DNA from: Hemiscyllium ocellatum
Taxonomy: Eukaryota
Assembly (NCBI RefSeq): GCF_020745735.1
Contig: NW_026867533.1
Coordinates: forward strand, 310,001 to 374,000
Reading direction: 5' to 3'
DNA: 64,000 nt
Part shown: piece by piece, positions 51,226 to 64,000 of the stretch
How the letters are laid out: each line of letters begins with the position of its first letter
Numbering within the stretch: position 1 is the first letter of the stretch
Program-made: the position numbers and the translations under genes
Notes under the pieces: model-generated
The model's input: only the letters and a program-made list of their open reading frames with translations
Told to the model about the DNA's origin: nothing
The model's database searches: none

Positions 51226-53295
51226 GAGGGATATGGATCCTGTGGGGGAATGCAATTGGGGGAAGGGAAATTACGATGCTGTAAGACAGGATTTGAGGAA
51301 CATAAGTTGGGAGCATAGGCTGTCAGGGAAGGATGTGGTGGAAATGTGGAACTTTTTCAAGGAGCAGATACGACGTGTCCTTAATATGTATGTACCTATC
51401 AGGCAGGAAAGAAATGGTCGTGTGAGGGAGCCTTGGTTGACGAGGGAGGTTGAATGTCTAGTAAAGAGGAAGAAGGAGGCTTACATAAGGTTGAGGAAAC
51501 AGGGTTCAGACAGAGCAGTGGATGGATACAGGATAGCCAGAAGGGACCTGAAGAAAGGGATTAGGAGAGCTAAGAGAGGGCATGAAAAATCCTTGGCGGA
51601 TAGGATCAAGGATAACCCCAAGGCATTTTATGCGTATGTGAGAAACATGAGAATGACGAGAATGAGGGTAGGTCCGATCAAGGACAGTAGTGGGAGATTG
51701 TGTATTGAGTCGGAAGAGATAGGAGAGGTCTTGAATGAGTACTTTTCTTCAGTATTTATGAACGAGAGGGACCGTATTGTTGAAGAGGAGAGTGTGAAAC
51801 GGACTGGTAAGCTAGAAGAGATACTTGTTCGGAAGGAAGATGTGTTGGACATTTTGAACAACTTGAGGATAGACAAGTCCCCCGGGCCTGACGGGATATA
51901 TCCTAGGATTATGTGGGAAGCAAGAGAGGAAATTGCAGTACCGTTGGCAATGATCTTCACTGTCAACGGGGGTGGTACCAGGGGACTGGAGAGAAGCGAA
52001 TGTTGTGCCCCTGTTCAAAAAAGTATCTGGAAAGACACTGCTTGATTAGGGACAACCAGCACGGATTTGTGAAGGGTAGGTCTTGCCTTACAAGTCTTAT
52101 TGAATTCCTTGAGGAGGTGACCAAGCATGTGGATGAGGGTAGAGCAGTGGATGTAGTGTACATGGATTTTAGTAAGGCATTTGATAAGGTTCCCCATGGT
52201 AGGCTTATGCGGAAAGTCAGGAGGCATGGGATAGAGGGAAATTTGGCCAATTGGATAGAAAACTGGCTAACCTGGTCGAAGTCAGAGAGTGGTGGTAGAT
52301 GGTAAATATTCAGCCTGGAGCCCAGTTACAAGTGGAGTTCCGCAGGGATCAGTTCTGGGTCCTCTGCTGTTTGTAATTTTTATTAATGACTTGGATGAGG
52401 GAGTCGAAGGGTGGGTCAGTAAATTTGCAGATGATACGAACATTGGTGGAGTTGTGGACAGTGAGGAAGGCTGTTGTCGGCTGCAAAGGGACTTAGATAT
52501 GATGCAGAGCTGGGCTGAGGAGTGGCAGATGGAGTTCAACCCTGCCAAGTGTGAGGTTGTCCATTTTGGAAGAACAAATAAGAATGCGGAATACAGGGTT
52601 AACGGTAGGGTTCTTAGTCAGTTGGAGGAACAGAGGGATCTTGGGGTCTATGTACATAGATCTTTGAAAGTTGCCACTCAGGTGGATAGAGCTTGTAAGA
52701 AGGCCTATGGTGTATTAGCGTTCATTAGCAGAGGGATTGAATTCAAGAGTCGTGAAGTGATGTTGCAGCTGTACAGGACTTTGGTTAGGCCACATTTGGA
52801 GTACTGTGTGCAGTTCTGGTCGCCTCACTTTAGGAAAGATGTGGAAGCTTTGGAGAGGGTGCAGAGAAGATTTACCAGGATGTTGCCTGGAATGGAGAAT
52901 AGGTCGTACGAGGATAGGTTGAGAGTTCTCGGCCTTTTCTCGTTGGAACGGCGAAGGATGAGGGGTGACTTGACAGAGGTTTATAAGATGATCAGAGGAA
53001 TAGACAGAGTAGACAGTCAGAAACTTTTTCCCCGGGTACAACAGAGTGTTACAAGGGGACATAAATTTAAGGTGAAGGGTGGAAGGTATAGGGGAGATGT
53101 CAGGGGTGGGTTCTTTACCCAGAGAGTGGTGGGGGCATGGAATGTGCTGCCCGTGGGAGTGGTAGAGTCAGAATCATTGGCGACTTTTAAGCGGCAATTG
53201 GATAGGTACATGCATGGGTGCTTAATCTAGGATAGATGTTCGGCACAACATCGTTGTCCGAAGGGCCTGTTCTGTGCTGTAATGTTCTATGTTCT
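51226..53295 (+). mobile_element. CR1 LINE with internal deletions; RT C-terminus open
   Basis: ORFs 51233..52045, 51913..52305, 52289..53230 (GVPQGSVLGP, KFADD); ttctatgttct tail. Confidence 0.95.
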
Positions 53296-53814
53296 GTGAG
53301 GACGGTTTTAGTATAGAAGGGCGAAATGAGTTGGCGCAGACTTGGAGAGCTGAAGGGCCTTGTGGCCAGGCAGGCCACTCAAAATGGTGGACTTATGAGA
53401 AATGGACAATAAGTGAGGCATGCTGGGAAATTGAGACAAGCTTTAACCAAAAGTGCAGAATCCAGGCAGACTGCAGCTACAGACAGACAGTATACAATTG
53501 ACTCAGCAGCTGTAGACAATACAATCTACACTTGAATTTCAATTGAGTTGAATTTACCTGAATACCATCCCCAGGACAACTGGAAAAATTAAGCTGTTTA
53601 CCATACGCAGGGGTGCCTTAGCCCTTACTTAGAGATGGCTTCCTGATCAATGTATTGGTGGATGCTGAAGTCTTTATACCCTTTTGGAAGAATCCTCAAA
53701 GTGTAAGGATCATTGCAAGACCATCCTCAGGAGCGGTAACCTGAGACCAACCACGTGAAGACACGCCTGAAACCAGCAGGAGAAGATGACTAGATGATGA
53801 TCATCATGTAGATT

Positions 53815-54110
53815 ATAGAACATAGAGAACATAGAACATAGAACAATACAGCGCAGAACAGGCTTTTCGCCCCTCGATGTTGCACCGACCTGTGAACTAT
53901 TCTCAGCTCGTTCCATTATCCCAAAATCATCCATGTGCTTATCGAAGGATTGTTTAAATCCCTAATGTGGCTGAGTTGACTACATTAGCAGGTAGGACAT
54001 TCTACACCCTTACCACTCTCTGCGTAAAGAACCTGCCTCTGACATTTGTTTTAAATCTATCACCCTCAATTTGTAGTTATGCCCCCTTGTACACGCTGAC
54101 GTCAGCATCC
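53815..54110 (-). mobile_element. CR1 LINE 3' end
   Basis: Multiple atagaac tail repeats followed by the conserved CR1 3' sequence. Confidence 0.85.
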
Positions 54111-56595
54111 TAAGGTTAATTAGAGTTAAGCTAAAGCACAAGACAGTTCATTAGATTTATAGTGTAAATTGTTAGTTTGCATTGTGTTAATATCGTATTA
54201 ATTGTGATAAGCCATAGCCTACCTACACCTAAGTGCCAAAGCTGCCTTTGGTCAACATCCCTTCATAACAAAATGTTACCTATCACAGATTGAAAATCAA
54301 CTAATCTAACATTCACTGCCATTTGAGAAAAAAGTTCTAAATATCTCCCACCTTGTATGTAGAAGTGCTTTTGAACATTTCTCCTGAGTGGTCAGGCCCT
54401 AATTCTCAGACTATGTACCCTAATTCTAGAATCCCCAATCAGTAGAAATAGTTTATCTTAATTTACTCTGTCGTTTCCTGGTAATATCATAATGACCTTA
54501 ATCAGATCATCCTTTAACCTTCTAAATTCTCAAGAAAATTTCAAGTAATAATCCGCTCAATGAAGCCCAGTTTGGGTTTCACTAGGGCCACATAGGTCCC
54601 TGACCTCATTACAACCTTGGTTCAAACATGGAGGTGAAGCCAAAGTGATAGCCCTTGACATCAAGACCATGTTCAATTGTGTGTGGCATCAAGGAGCTGT
54701 AGGAAAACTGGAATACGAGGGGTGGGTGGCAAATTCTCTGCTGGGTAAAGTCATACCAGGCACCCAGGATACAATGCAACAACATGAACTGCACAAATTC
54801 ACCAAAGATCCTTAGTCTGCACTTATAATCGAGGGAACATCATTAATGGTGCAGCTGAAGACGGTTGGGCTTCAGACACTACACTGAGGAACTCCTGAAG
54901 ACACGTCCTGGAGCTGAGGTGACTGGCCTCCAACAATCACAATCAAATTCATATGTGCCTAACATGATTCATCATGTAAAACCACTTTCTTCGAGAATGA
55001 CAAGGGCAGCAGATTCATGGGAACACCAACACCAGCAAGTTCCCCTCCAAACGACTCGCCATCCAGGATTGGAAAAATATTATTATTTGTTCAGTCACTG
55101 GATCAAAACCCTGGAATTTCTTCCCTAAGTGCATTGTGGATTCACCAACAGCTTATGGACCTTTTATTCATTTGTAGTATGTGGGCATCACTGGCTGGCC
55201 AGCATTTTATGCCTGTCCCTAGTTGTCGTTGAGGAGGTGGTGGTGAGTTGCCTTCTTGAACCACTGCAGTTCACCTGTTGTAGGTTGACCTACACTGACA
55301 TGAGGAAGGGAATTCCATGATTTTAACCCAATGACAAGGAAGAAAAGGCAATGTATTTCCAAGTCAGACTATTAAGTGGACGTTAAGAAGGGAACTTGAA
55401 GGTGATGGTGCTGCTCTTCTCCTTTGAGATACAAGTGGTCATGATTTTGGAAGGTGATGTCTGAGGATCTCTGGTGAATTTCTGCAGTGCATCTTGTTGA
55501 CAGTAGACACTACTGCTATTGAGCATAAGTGGCAGAGGGAGTGGATGTAAAGCCAATGAAGCAGGCTGTTCTGTCCTGGATGATGTCAAGCTTTTTCAGC
55601 ATTGTGGGAGCTGCACTCATCCAGGAAAGTTGCCCTCCAACCGACTCTGGACTTGTGCCATATTGATAATGATCAGGCTTTGGGAGTCACAACCTGAGTT
55701 ACTTGCCACACGATTCCTAATCTCTGATCTGCTCCGATAGCCACTGTGTTTGTGTGACAAGTCCAGTTGAGTTCCTGGTCAATGGTAACGCCTAGGATGT
55801 TGATAGTTGGGGATTTGGTGATGATAATACAATTGAATACCAGGGGATGATGGTCAGATTGTCTTTATTGGTAATGGTTATAGCCCTGCATTTGTTTAGT
55901 GTAAATATTACTTGTCACTTGTCAGCCTGATTCTGGAAATTGTCCAGATCTTGTTGCATTTGAACATGGACTATTCAGTATCTGAGGAGTCGCCAATTCC
56001 AACCACTCTACAATCATCAGTGAACATCCCCACTTCTGACCTTATGATGGATGAACCAGCAACATCAACTGCAGCAATTCAAGAAGGCATACTACCACCG
56101 TCTTCACAAAGGCATCTCGGGTGGGATAATAAGCGCTCACCAGTCGACAAAGCTTACATCCCATGAGTGAATAAACTACAAGTCTCATTCTTGTAAACAT
56201 ATTTTGTACTCACTACAAGCCAATGTATCCTTCCTAAGACCTGATGCCCAAATCTGTTCTCAGTACTCCAGGTAAGGTTCGAACAGTTTTGAATACTCAC
56301 AGCGTAACTTCTGCATCCTTGTACTGTCTTCCTCTCGTTATAAAAGCTGGCATTTGTTTGATTATAATTTTTTTCTGCATCTATTCATGGCATTTTAAAG
56401 ATCTATTCACCTAAAACCAAAGTCTCTTTGGACTTCCACTATACTTAACTTCATACCATCTTGAAAACATCATGATCTATCCTCCTTCAGTCCAAAATTG
56501 ATACCTCACACTCACACTGAACTCTCTCTATCACAGTTTTGCCCATCCACCTAGTCTATGAATATCCCCTTGTAATTTTATGCCATCATGTACAC

Positions 56596-57660
56596 CAGTG
56601 TTTCTCAACGGGGGCGGAAGTGCCTCCTGAGGGGCGTTTCCCTTCCTTCGGTCGGCGTTGAAGTCAAAGGGGATGGCAAGGGGTCACTGAACGACTTTGT
56701 AGAGAGCTTACCAATCACTTGGAAGACTGCCATGTCCTTGAAGGACATTGCTGTGTGCAGATGGACAGTCGCATAACACGAGTCTGTTATTTTCCTGCAC
56801 CCATGGAGGAGTGCGCTCTGACTGGTTCCTGAGCTATTATTGATAGTCTTTTCCGTGAATAGCAAACCATTTGAACTCGTTCGCAGTTGGCACTGATTCT
56901 ACTGCTGAGATCAATATCACCTAACTCGTGTCGCTTCTAAGATGGCATTCTGCTCGAGTGGCAGAATGAATGCACATTATAGCTAATTAGCCAATCAAAT
57001 TTTGCCACTTGTCTGAGCGTCTTAAAATAATTGTGATAAGGTAATACCCATGATTCCATTAGGGTATTCGAGCGACAGTGTAAAAATGGCCTCATTGAGT
57101 AAGAAAAAGTGGAGTATAGCATGCAGTATAGTATGGACTATTTGTGATATGGCTTTATTCAATCTCTATCTAATAAGCAATTACCACTGAGCTTGCTCTG
57201 TCTGTGAACAAAGTTTTTCCAATGAGGCCATGAAGCCTTCCTATCTTATTAAACATTTGGAAAAGAAATAGTGACAAAAAGGACGAAGATTTGGCATATT
57301 TTCAAGCATTAAGAATAAATTCAATCAACAACCAACGATTTCCATTGCTTTTTCAAAGATAGGAGCCACGAATGTGGATGGCCTTGTGGCATCATACAAC
57401 ATAGCGAAGCTAATTGCAAAATGTGGTAAACCTCATTCCGTGGGTGAATTGTTGGTGCTTCCAGCTATTGCCAAAATATTATCAACTGTGCTACATCAGG
57501 AACTATCAATGACTATCAAGCATATTCTTCTTGCACCTTCCGTGAGAAGGTGCATCGATGAAATGGCCTCAAATCTTGAGGATAAATTATCTTCCCTTTT
57601 GATATCGAAAGAAACTGATTGATGAAAGTACTATATGTGAATTCAAGCTTTACTTTTGGG
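56596..57660 (+). mobile_element. hAT Buster/Charlie (ZBED5/SCAND3-like) transposon, left end with decayed transposase
   Basis: TIR cagtgtttctcaac preceded by atgTAcac (nnnTAnnn target); ORF 57374..57622 ASYNIAKLIAKCGKPHSVGELLVLPA..RRCIDEMA; upstream NEAMKPS..KHL. Confidence 0.85.
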
Positions 57661-58479
57661 AGGCGTTGCATGATTTCAAGGATAAGAAGGGGGCTTTGAA
57701 TAGGGAAAGGTTGAGAGACACTGATGTACATGTCTATAATGCCATCTAATATGCATTGAAGCTGTCACCTAGATAGGAGACAAAAATGTCTGCAAATCAA
57801 CTTCCCAGCTCAGCGATCATACCCACAACCATGGCAACAGGCACCTGAGCTACAAATCTTTACACCAACCTTGAATACCTAACATTGTGTCATCAGCAAA
57901 TTTGGATATATGGCCATTGTGTCATTGTCCGATTAATCAATAAATAATGAATAACTGAAGCCAAACACAGATCCCAACAGGACACCACTGGTCACATCCT
58001 GCCAAATCTGAGTTCCTATCCATTATCCATCCATGTCAGTAATTTGCCTTCAATTTCATAGGTTTCTGACTAAGACTATTATGTGGGATTCATCAAATGC
58101 CTCCTGGTAGTCCATGTAAGCACTGCCTCTGTTGACATTGCCATGTCCGACCTCAGTCATCTCGTCAAACAATTCAGAAGTTTGTCAGGCATGACCTACG
58201 TGTCATGACGCTCATTGATTAACTTAAAAATGTACAAGATATTCAGTGACCCCATCCCTGATGATAAACTCCAACACTTAGACTAACTGCTCAGTGTGTC
58301 CCTGGTTTTCCTCGGAGTGGTGTTATTTTCCGATCGAGAATACTCTGCAATGATTATAATGAGGGAATTTCCTTTAACACACTCGGATGGTAACGAGCAA
58401 ATCCCGGGGATCTCCACTCTTTAAATCCATTACCTCCCTTATTACCAGAGTTCTCCTGATAACTGACCGACTTAATCCT

Positions 58480-58800
58480 AAACCCAGCGCCGCTCAACAA
58501 CCGCTGCCACTGCCGGCTCTCGGCAAGGAACGGCAGGCGGGGGAAGGCATTTACTGCGCATGTTCCCTCCCAGGCCACCACCTACTGCGCATGCTCTGGC
58601 CAAGAGCGGGAAGGTTAAACGGTTCAACGGAAAGTTCTGGAACGTGGTGAGTGACGTCATCAGGGCTGGGTGTGGTCGCGAGGGAAACGTGTCTGCTCCA
58701 GTCAGTGAGATGTCAGGGTGAGCTCCTGAGGAGGGGGCAAGGGGGAGGCTGGTTTCCACTCCAACCAGCACAATATTGTGTAGTCGGTGGGGTGTGAGGG
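58480..58800 (+). promoter_or_regulatory. CpG-rich housekeeping-type promoter and putative first exon of a non-Ig gene
   Basis: ACTGCGCATG x2 (58553, 58584; NRF1 core), perfect CRE TGACGTCA 58652-58659, GCGGGAA, donors GTGAGT 58647 and AGG|GTGAGC 58718, then a G-rich tract. Confidence 0.6.
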
Positions 58801-59199
58801 AGAGAAGGTCAGGGTCAGTGTGGGCTCTGAGGAAGATGTTGAGTTGGGTTCAGATCAGATGAGGGTTGTGGAGGAGTCTGGATGGGGTGGGGGGTGTGAG
58901 TTGGAATGGGGGAGTGGGATGGGAATGTTGCTCTGGAGCCCAGAGATAAAGTGGATTTCACGATTACCAAACAGTTGGAGAACGTTTTTCAACTCGGAAC
59001 TTTTTGTTGTGTAATTATTCAGCTTGAGTAAGTTAGAATCCTCTGAAAGTTAAAGTTTCCAGTTGCACAGAGATTACCCTGACAGAATTTTCAATTTTTC
59101 AGGAAATTCCCTTGGCTTCAGCCACATCTCCAAAAATTCCATAGACTCCACAGTGCAATTACAATTTATACTGCTTCAGTGACTAGCGAGAGATTTATA

Positions 59200-60622
59200 T
59201 AAAACAAACCTGTAGATGTTGGAATCTGAAGTAGACAAACAGGAGGCTGGAAGAACACAGCAAACCAGGCAGCTTCGGGAGGTGCAGAAGTCAATGTTTC
59301 AGGTTTAACCCTTCTTCAGGACCTGGGTGGGGGTAAGGGGTGCTACAGATAGAGAGGGAGGTAGTTGGGGTCCTAGCTCCCATCCTTCCGGTGTCTTCAC
59401 CATTCCTCCAGACCTTCCCCTCAGTAGGGACGAATGTGTCGTCCTCAGTAAAGGCCTCACCTTTATCCCTCTACGGTCCCAGTTTAATGAGTTTGACACA
59501 AGCTGCTACCTTGAATGTTTCTTCCTCTGCCTCTGTATTGACTTTTTTTAAAACTGAGACACCTGCACATCCACGGGGGACCCCTTTGTCCCGCCTTCAA
59601 CACACCACATCCATGGACACCCCATGCTGGCCTGTTACCTGTGCTTGACCTCTTCATTTCAAACTGCTACCATGACATTGACTGCCTCAACTTGTCCAAC
59701 CAGCTCACTCACTCCAACCTCTTTCCCTCTCAACATGCAGTCCTCCACTCCCTCCACTCCAACCCCAACCTCACCATCAAACGTGCGGGCGGGGGGGTGG
59801 TGGGGTTCGTAGTAGTCGTGTGGTGCACTGACCTCTACACTACTGAAGCCAGGCACCAGCTTGCAGACTCCGCCTCCGACCGCCCCCTTACTCACGATCT
59901 CACTTTCCATCACCAAGCCATTATCCCCCGGACCATCCACAATCTCATCATCTCTGGGGATCACCCATCCACAGACTCCAACCTCATTGTCCATGAACCC
60001 TGCACTGCCTGATTCCACCTCCTTCCTAAGACACTCAAACCTGACTGCCCTGGTCGACCCATTGTCTCAACCTGCGCTTGTCCCACTGAACTAATGGGCC
60101 TCCAAATGGACCCCACAACCAGAAATATATTTCCCACCCCACCCCTATCAGCTTTCCAAAAAGACCATTCCTTCTGTGAATCCCTCGTCAGGTCCACGTC
60201 CCCTACCAGCCTACACCCCACTCCTGGCACTGTTTCCTGCCACCACAGGAAGTGCAAAACCTATGGCCGCACCACTCCCCTCACCTCCATCCAAGGCCCC
60301 AAGGGATTCTTCCACATCTGTCAAAAATTTCACGATACCTCTATCAGCAACATCTACTGCATCTGTTGCACACGGTGTGGTCTCCTCTACATCAGGGAGA
60401 CAGGATGTTTTCTTGCGGATCGTTTCAGAGAACGTCTCTGGGACACCTGCATGCACCAACCTCATCGTCCCGTGGCTGTACACTTCAACTCCCTCTCCCA
60501 CTCCATCAAGGGCATGCAGGTCCTGGGCCTTCTCCACTGCCAAACCATTACCAGCCGAAACCTGGTGGAGAAACGCCTCAAATTCCGCCTTGGGACCCTG
60601 CAACTGTATGGGATAAATGTGA
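59200..60622 (+). mobile_element. Penelope-like element (terminal repeat, deleted RT, GIY-YIG)
   Basis: ORF 60094..60693: SNIYCICCTRCGLLYIRETG..DRFRE..HFNS..FRLGTLQ. Confidence 0.88.
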
Positions 60623-60649
60623 AAGGGGATTTGGGGCATGGGTGGGCAG

Positions 60650-63600
60650 GTTATTTGAAATTGGAGAACTGTGTTGAGTTCTCCAGGCTGTAGGCTGCCC
60701 AGGTGGAAGTTGCGGTGTTCCTCCTGATTCACTGCAGCAATGGAGATCGAGAATTAGCGTGTAAGGGAGGGAGTGGGAGGCGGAATTAAAATGGATGGTG
60801 AGTAGGGGCCAGGCTGACCCTTATTTTACTTTGTTTGGTCTCACCAATGTAGAGAGTACCACATCGGGAGCACTGGATGCAGTAAACTAGGTTGAACAGA
60901 AGTTCACCTGCAAGGACTGTTTGGGGCCCTGGATTGAGGTGAGGGAAAAGCTGGCAAGTGTTGCATCTTTTACAGTTCTGGGGTGGATATATTAGATGGG
61001 TTTGGTGAGAGTGTGTTGTGACCCAATGATTGGTGATGGGAACTGTCCAAGTGGAAAGAAGAGAGGAGTAGGGAGAAGAACACTTTCCGGGTAATGAGGT
61101 TTATTTGGAGATGGTGGAGGATGATATGTTGGATGTGGAGACTGATGGGGTGGAAATTGAGGACAAGGGGAACCATTTCTTTGTTTGGATGGGATGGGCT
61201 TTAAAGCAGTCAAGTGGGGAATGAAGGAAATGCAGTGGAAGGCTGTCTGGATGAACAAGGAGGAAAGAAATCATTGTTTGAAATAAGAGAGCATCTTGGA
61301 TGCTTGGGAGTGGAACATCATGTCAGAGCAAATGTGATGGAGATGGAGGAATTGGAATAATGGGGATGGAATTTTTACAGGAGGAGGTTCAGTCTAGGTA
61401 ATTACAGGAGTCTGTGGATTTATTGTAAATGCTAGTCTGTAAATGTACTGGAGATGGAAGCAGAGAGGTCAAAAAAGGAGAGGGAGCTGTCTGAGATAGA
61501 CAAAGTGAATTTGAGGGCAGGGTGGAAGTTGACGATAAAGCCCAGTTCAGCCTGGGTGCAGGATGCAACACTGTAATCATTAATGTAATGGCAGAAGAGT
61601 TGGGGAACAGTACTGGTGTATGTACTGAAGAGGGACGCTTCGAGACGCCTGACAAAGAGGCAGGCATAGCTAGGACCCACGCAAGTGCCTGGTGCCCCCG
61701 TGGATTTGAGGAAAGTGGGAAAAGTTGATTGAAAAGTTATTGAGAGTGAGGCGGAAGAAGGTATTGATGGTGGGGTGGGGGGGGTACTGATTGGGTCTGT
61801 TGGAGAGGAAATAAGCTGAGGACCTCCAGGCTGTCCTTGTCAGGTATGGATTTGTAAAAGGACTATCTGTCCATAGTGAAGATGAAGTGCTGGATGCGAG
61901 GGAACTGGAAGTTTCCAAAGAGGTAGAGGGAATGGTTTGTGTCTTGGCTATAGGTGGGAAATGCCTGCACCAAGGGGGAGGGAGTGGAGTTTGGTGAGAT
62001 TGGAGCATGGAGATGATGGGCTGGCTGTGGTAGATGGGCTTGTGTATCTTGGAACAGGTAGAACCTGGCAGTGTGGTGCTGGGGCACTGAGGGTGAAGGG
62101 GAGATTATTGGAGATGATGAAGTCATGGGCAGCACAGGTGCTAATGGCCTGATGAGCAATGGTGCAGTTGTGATCAAAAGGGAGGTAGGATGTGGTGTTA
62201 GAGAGGTAGTGTTCAGTCTCTGCTACTTTGAGGCCTGTCTTCCAAACAGGTTTGACGGTGAAACTGGGATTGGTGCAGAGAGAGTGGAGCCCTGCATATT
62301 CAGATGGGGTGAGGTTGGAATGGTGAAAGCAGTGGAAAATCAAAGCAGTTGAGGGTAGCGTTGGCAGTCAGCAACAGAGACCAGGAGTTGTTTGTGCTAT
62401 AGGAAGGTTGGAGGTGGGAGAAGGGGTCATGGAAGGTGGTTGGGAGTCTCTTCCAAAGAAGACAGGTTGGCAGCAGAAATAGATCTCCATGTTGTGGTGG
62501 ACATGGAACTTATGGGGGAGGGGGGTGCACAGTGAATATGTGACAAGGTGTAGGTGCTGTTTTGAGAGGGGATCTTGAGCCTTGAAGAAGGCAGAAAGGG
62601 CAATAATGTCTGGGTGAGGGTTGAATGTGGTCTGATGGGGGTGGTGGTGTACTTATGGGAGTGAAAGCTGTGGGTTGGAGGATTAAATTTGTGGAGGGGA
62701 ATGAGTTAGAGAAGAGGGAGGAGAGGTGGAGGGGAAGGGTTTATTGTGGGGATGGACAGGTGAGGAAGGAGAGCTGGTGTGTTGGCTGGTTGCAGATGGC
62801 CAGTAGGACACAGGAGTCACCTTGGGGATTAGAATCCGTGGGATGATTGGAGAATAGGCAGAGCCGGGAGTGGGAGTTGCCAGGATGGTGAGGCAGGTCC
62901 CAGTCCTTCCTTCGGTGGAATCCGGATGGTGTTGGAGGATACATCTGAAGCGGGACTTGCAGGAACTTGCATTCAAGCTCTTTCTCTGTTCCGTCCTGCT
63001 CCTCTAGTGCTGACCTGGATTGCATCAATGAAAAGACTGGGACCTACCTCAACTTTCCTGCAACTTCCGTTCCTACTCCAGTCTCCACCCACTCTTCAAC
63101 TGACAGGGTAACTTCTGGGTCTTACTAACCATCTGCAATGAGCCAGCACACCAGCTCTCCATCACTACCTGTCCACTCCCACAATACACACTACCTCTCC
63201 CCTCTACTTCATCCCCTCCCTTCCTGCACCCCTGCCTAAATTCAGTCTCCCAGCCTACCCCTCTCCCACTCTTCCTCCCAAAACTACTACTTCCCAACCC
63301 CACTACACCACATCCATTAAACTCTAATGCATCACATGCTATTACCCCAACCCAGCCTCCTGGAGACCCCACCCCTGAGCATTTCTGGTTATTCACTGTT
63401 TCTCTCCCCTGCCACCCCCTACTGAGGCTGAATGGCCTGTCCTTAGTAAAGGACTCCCAGTTGTGCCCCTCTGCCCCCAATTCATCTGATTCAGTGTCTA
63501 CCATGAAGTGGAACCTTTCTGCCACTTTTGTGCCTCCTTTGACAGATTCTCAACCACCTGTGTGGAGTTTGCACGTTCTCCCCGTGTCTGCGCGGGTTTC

Positions 63601-64000
63601 CTCCGGGTGCTCCGGTTTCCTCCCACATTCCAAAGATGTGCGGGTCAGGTGAATTGGCCATGCTAAATTCTCCGTAGTGTTAGGTAGGGGGTAAACATAT
63701 GGGTATGGGTGGGTTGCGCTTCGGTGGGTCGGTGTGGACTTGTTGGGCTGAAGGGCCTGTTTCCACACTGTAAGTAATCTAATCTAATCTTTTGATGACG
63801 CTTTCTCTTCCTCTTCCATATCCCGCCCCCCCCCCCCACTCCCCAGCCTCTTACCCATCCTATACCTTTTTATTGCTGACTGCCAATGTGACCCTCGACC
63901 ACCTGAATTTCTCCACTCGCCCTCACTCACTCCACCCTTCGCCTCTGCACTTGCAGCACTCCACACTCTCCATGCCAATCCCCATTTCACCATTTAACTC
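60650..64000 (-). mobile_element. Older Penelope-like element(s), tail-to-tail with the previous copy
   Basis: Minus ORFs with MGPSYACLFV (PLE RT MG motif, 61432..61680) and EEHRNFHLGSLQP C-terminus. Confidence 0.75.
63559..63790 (+). mobile_element. 5'-truncated HE1-type SINE nested in Penelope
   Basis: Starts at tgtgtggagtttgcacg without the tRNA head; (TAATC)n tail. Confidence 0.9.

Noticed and set aside
59102-59205. Second exon for the 58.7-kb promoter after a ttttcag acceptor
   Set aside because: The spliced frame stops after ~35 codons and I found no donor
29700-64000. A second Ig cluster (IgW, IgNAR or light chain)
   Set aside because: No V, J (WGxG/FGxG) or C1-set exons recognised on either strand
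1-64000. tRNA genes, CRISPR arrays or prokaryotic systems
   Set aside because: tRNA-like heads all belong to SINEs; the sequence is vertebrate and has no repeat-spacer array

Overview
Eukaryotic DNA from a cartilaginous fish; a carpet shark (Orectolobiformes) is likely, but that is inference from the Ig and SINE/LINE sequences. The + strand carries one complete, apparently functional IgM heavy-chain cluster: TATA (5271), leader (5364-5412), VH (5541-5849) with a 22-bp RSS, a single 12/12 D (6219-6233), JH with a 23-bp RSS (6627-6674), a 10.2-kb J-C intron, Cmu1-4, the secretory tail, and TM1/TM2 ending in KVK. The canonical shark IgM cluster has two D segments. Here only one is free, and VH ends in an extra CGGGT, suggesting a germline-joined VD1-D2-J cluster. 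Other notable items: a 45-bp RGYW-containing minisatellite about 0.5 kb 3' of JH; a 5'-truncated INTS11 retrocopy whose poly(A) abuts a young CR1 LINE; a possible TM1 read-through isoform; and a CpG-rich NRF1/CRE promoter of a non-Ig neighbour near 58.6 kb. Most of the remainder is CR1 (HER1-like) LINEs, HE1-type V-SINEs, Penelope elements and DNA transposon or Gypsy remnants. Protein family calls are from recognition of translated sequence; no database search was run.
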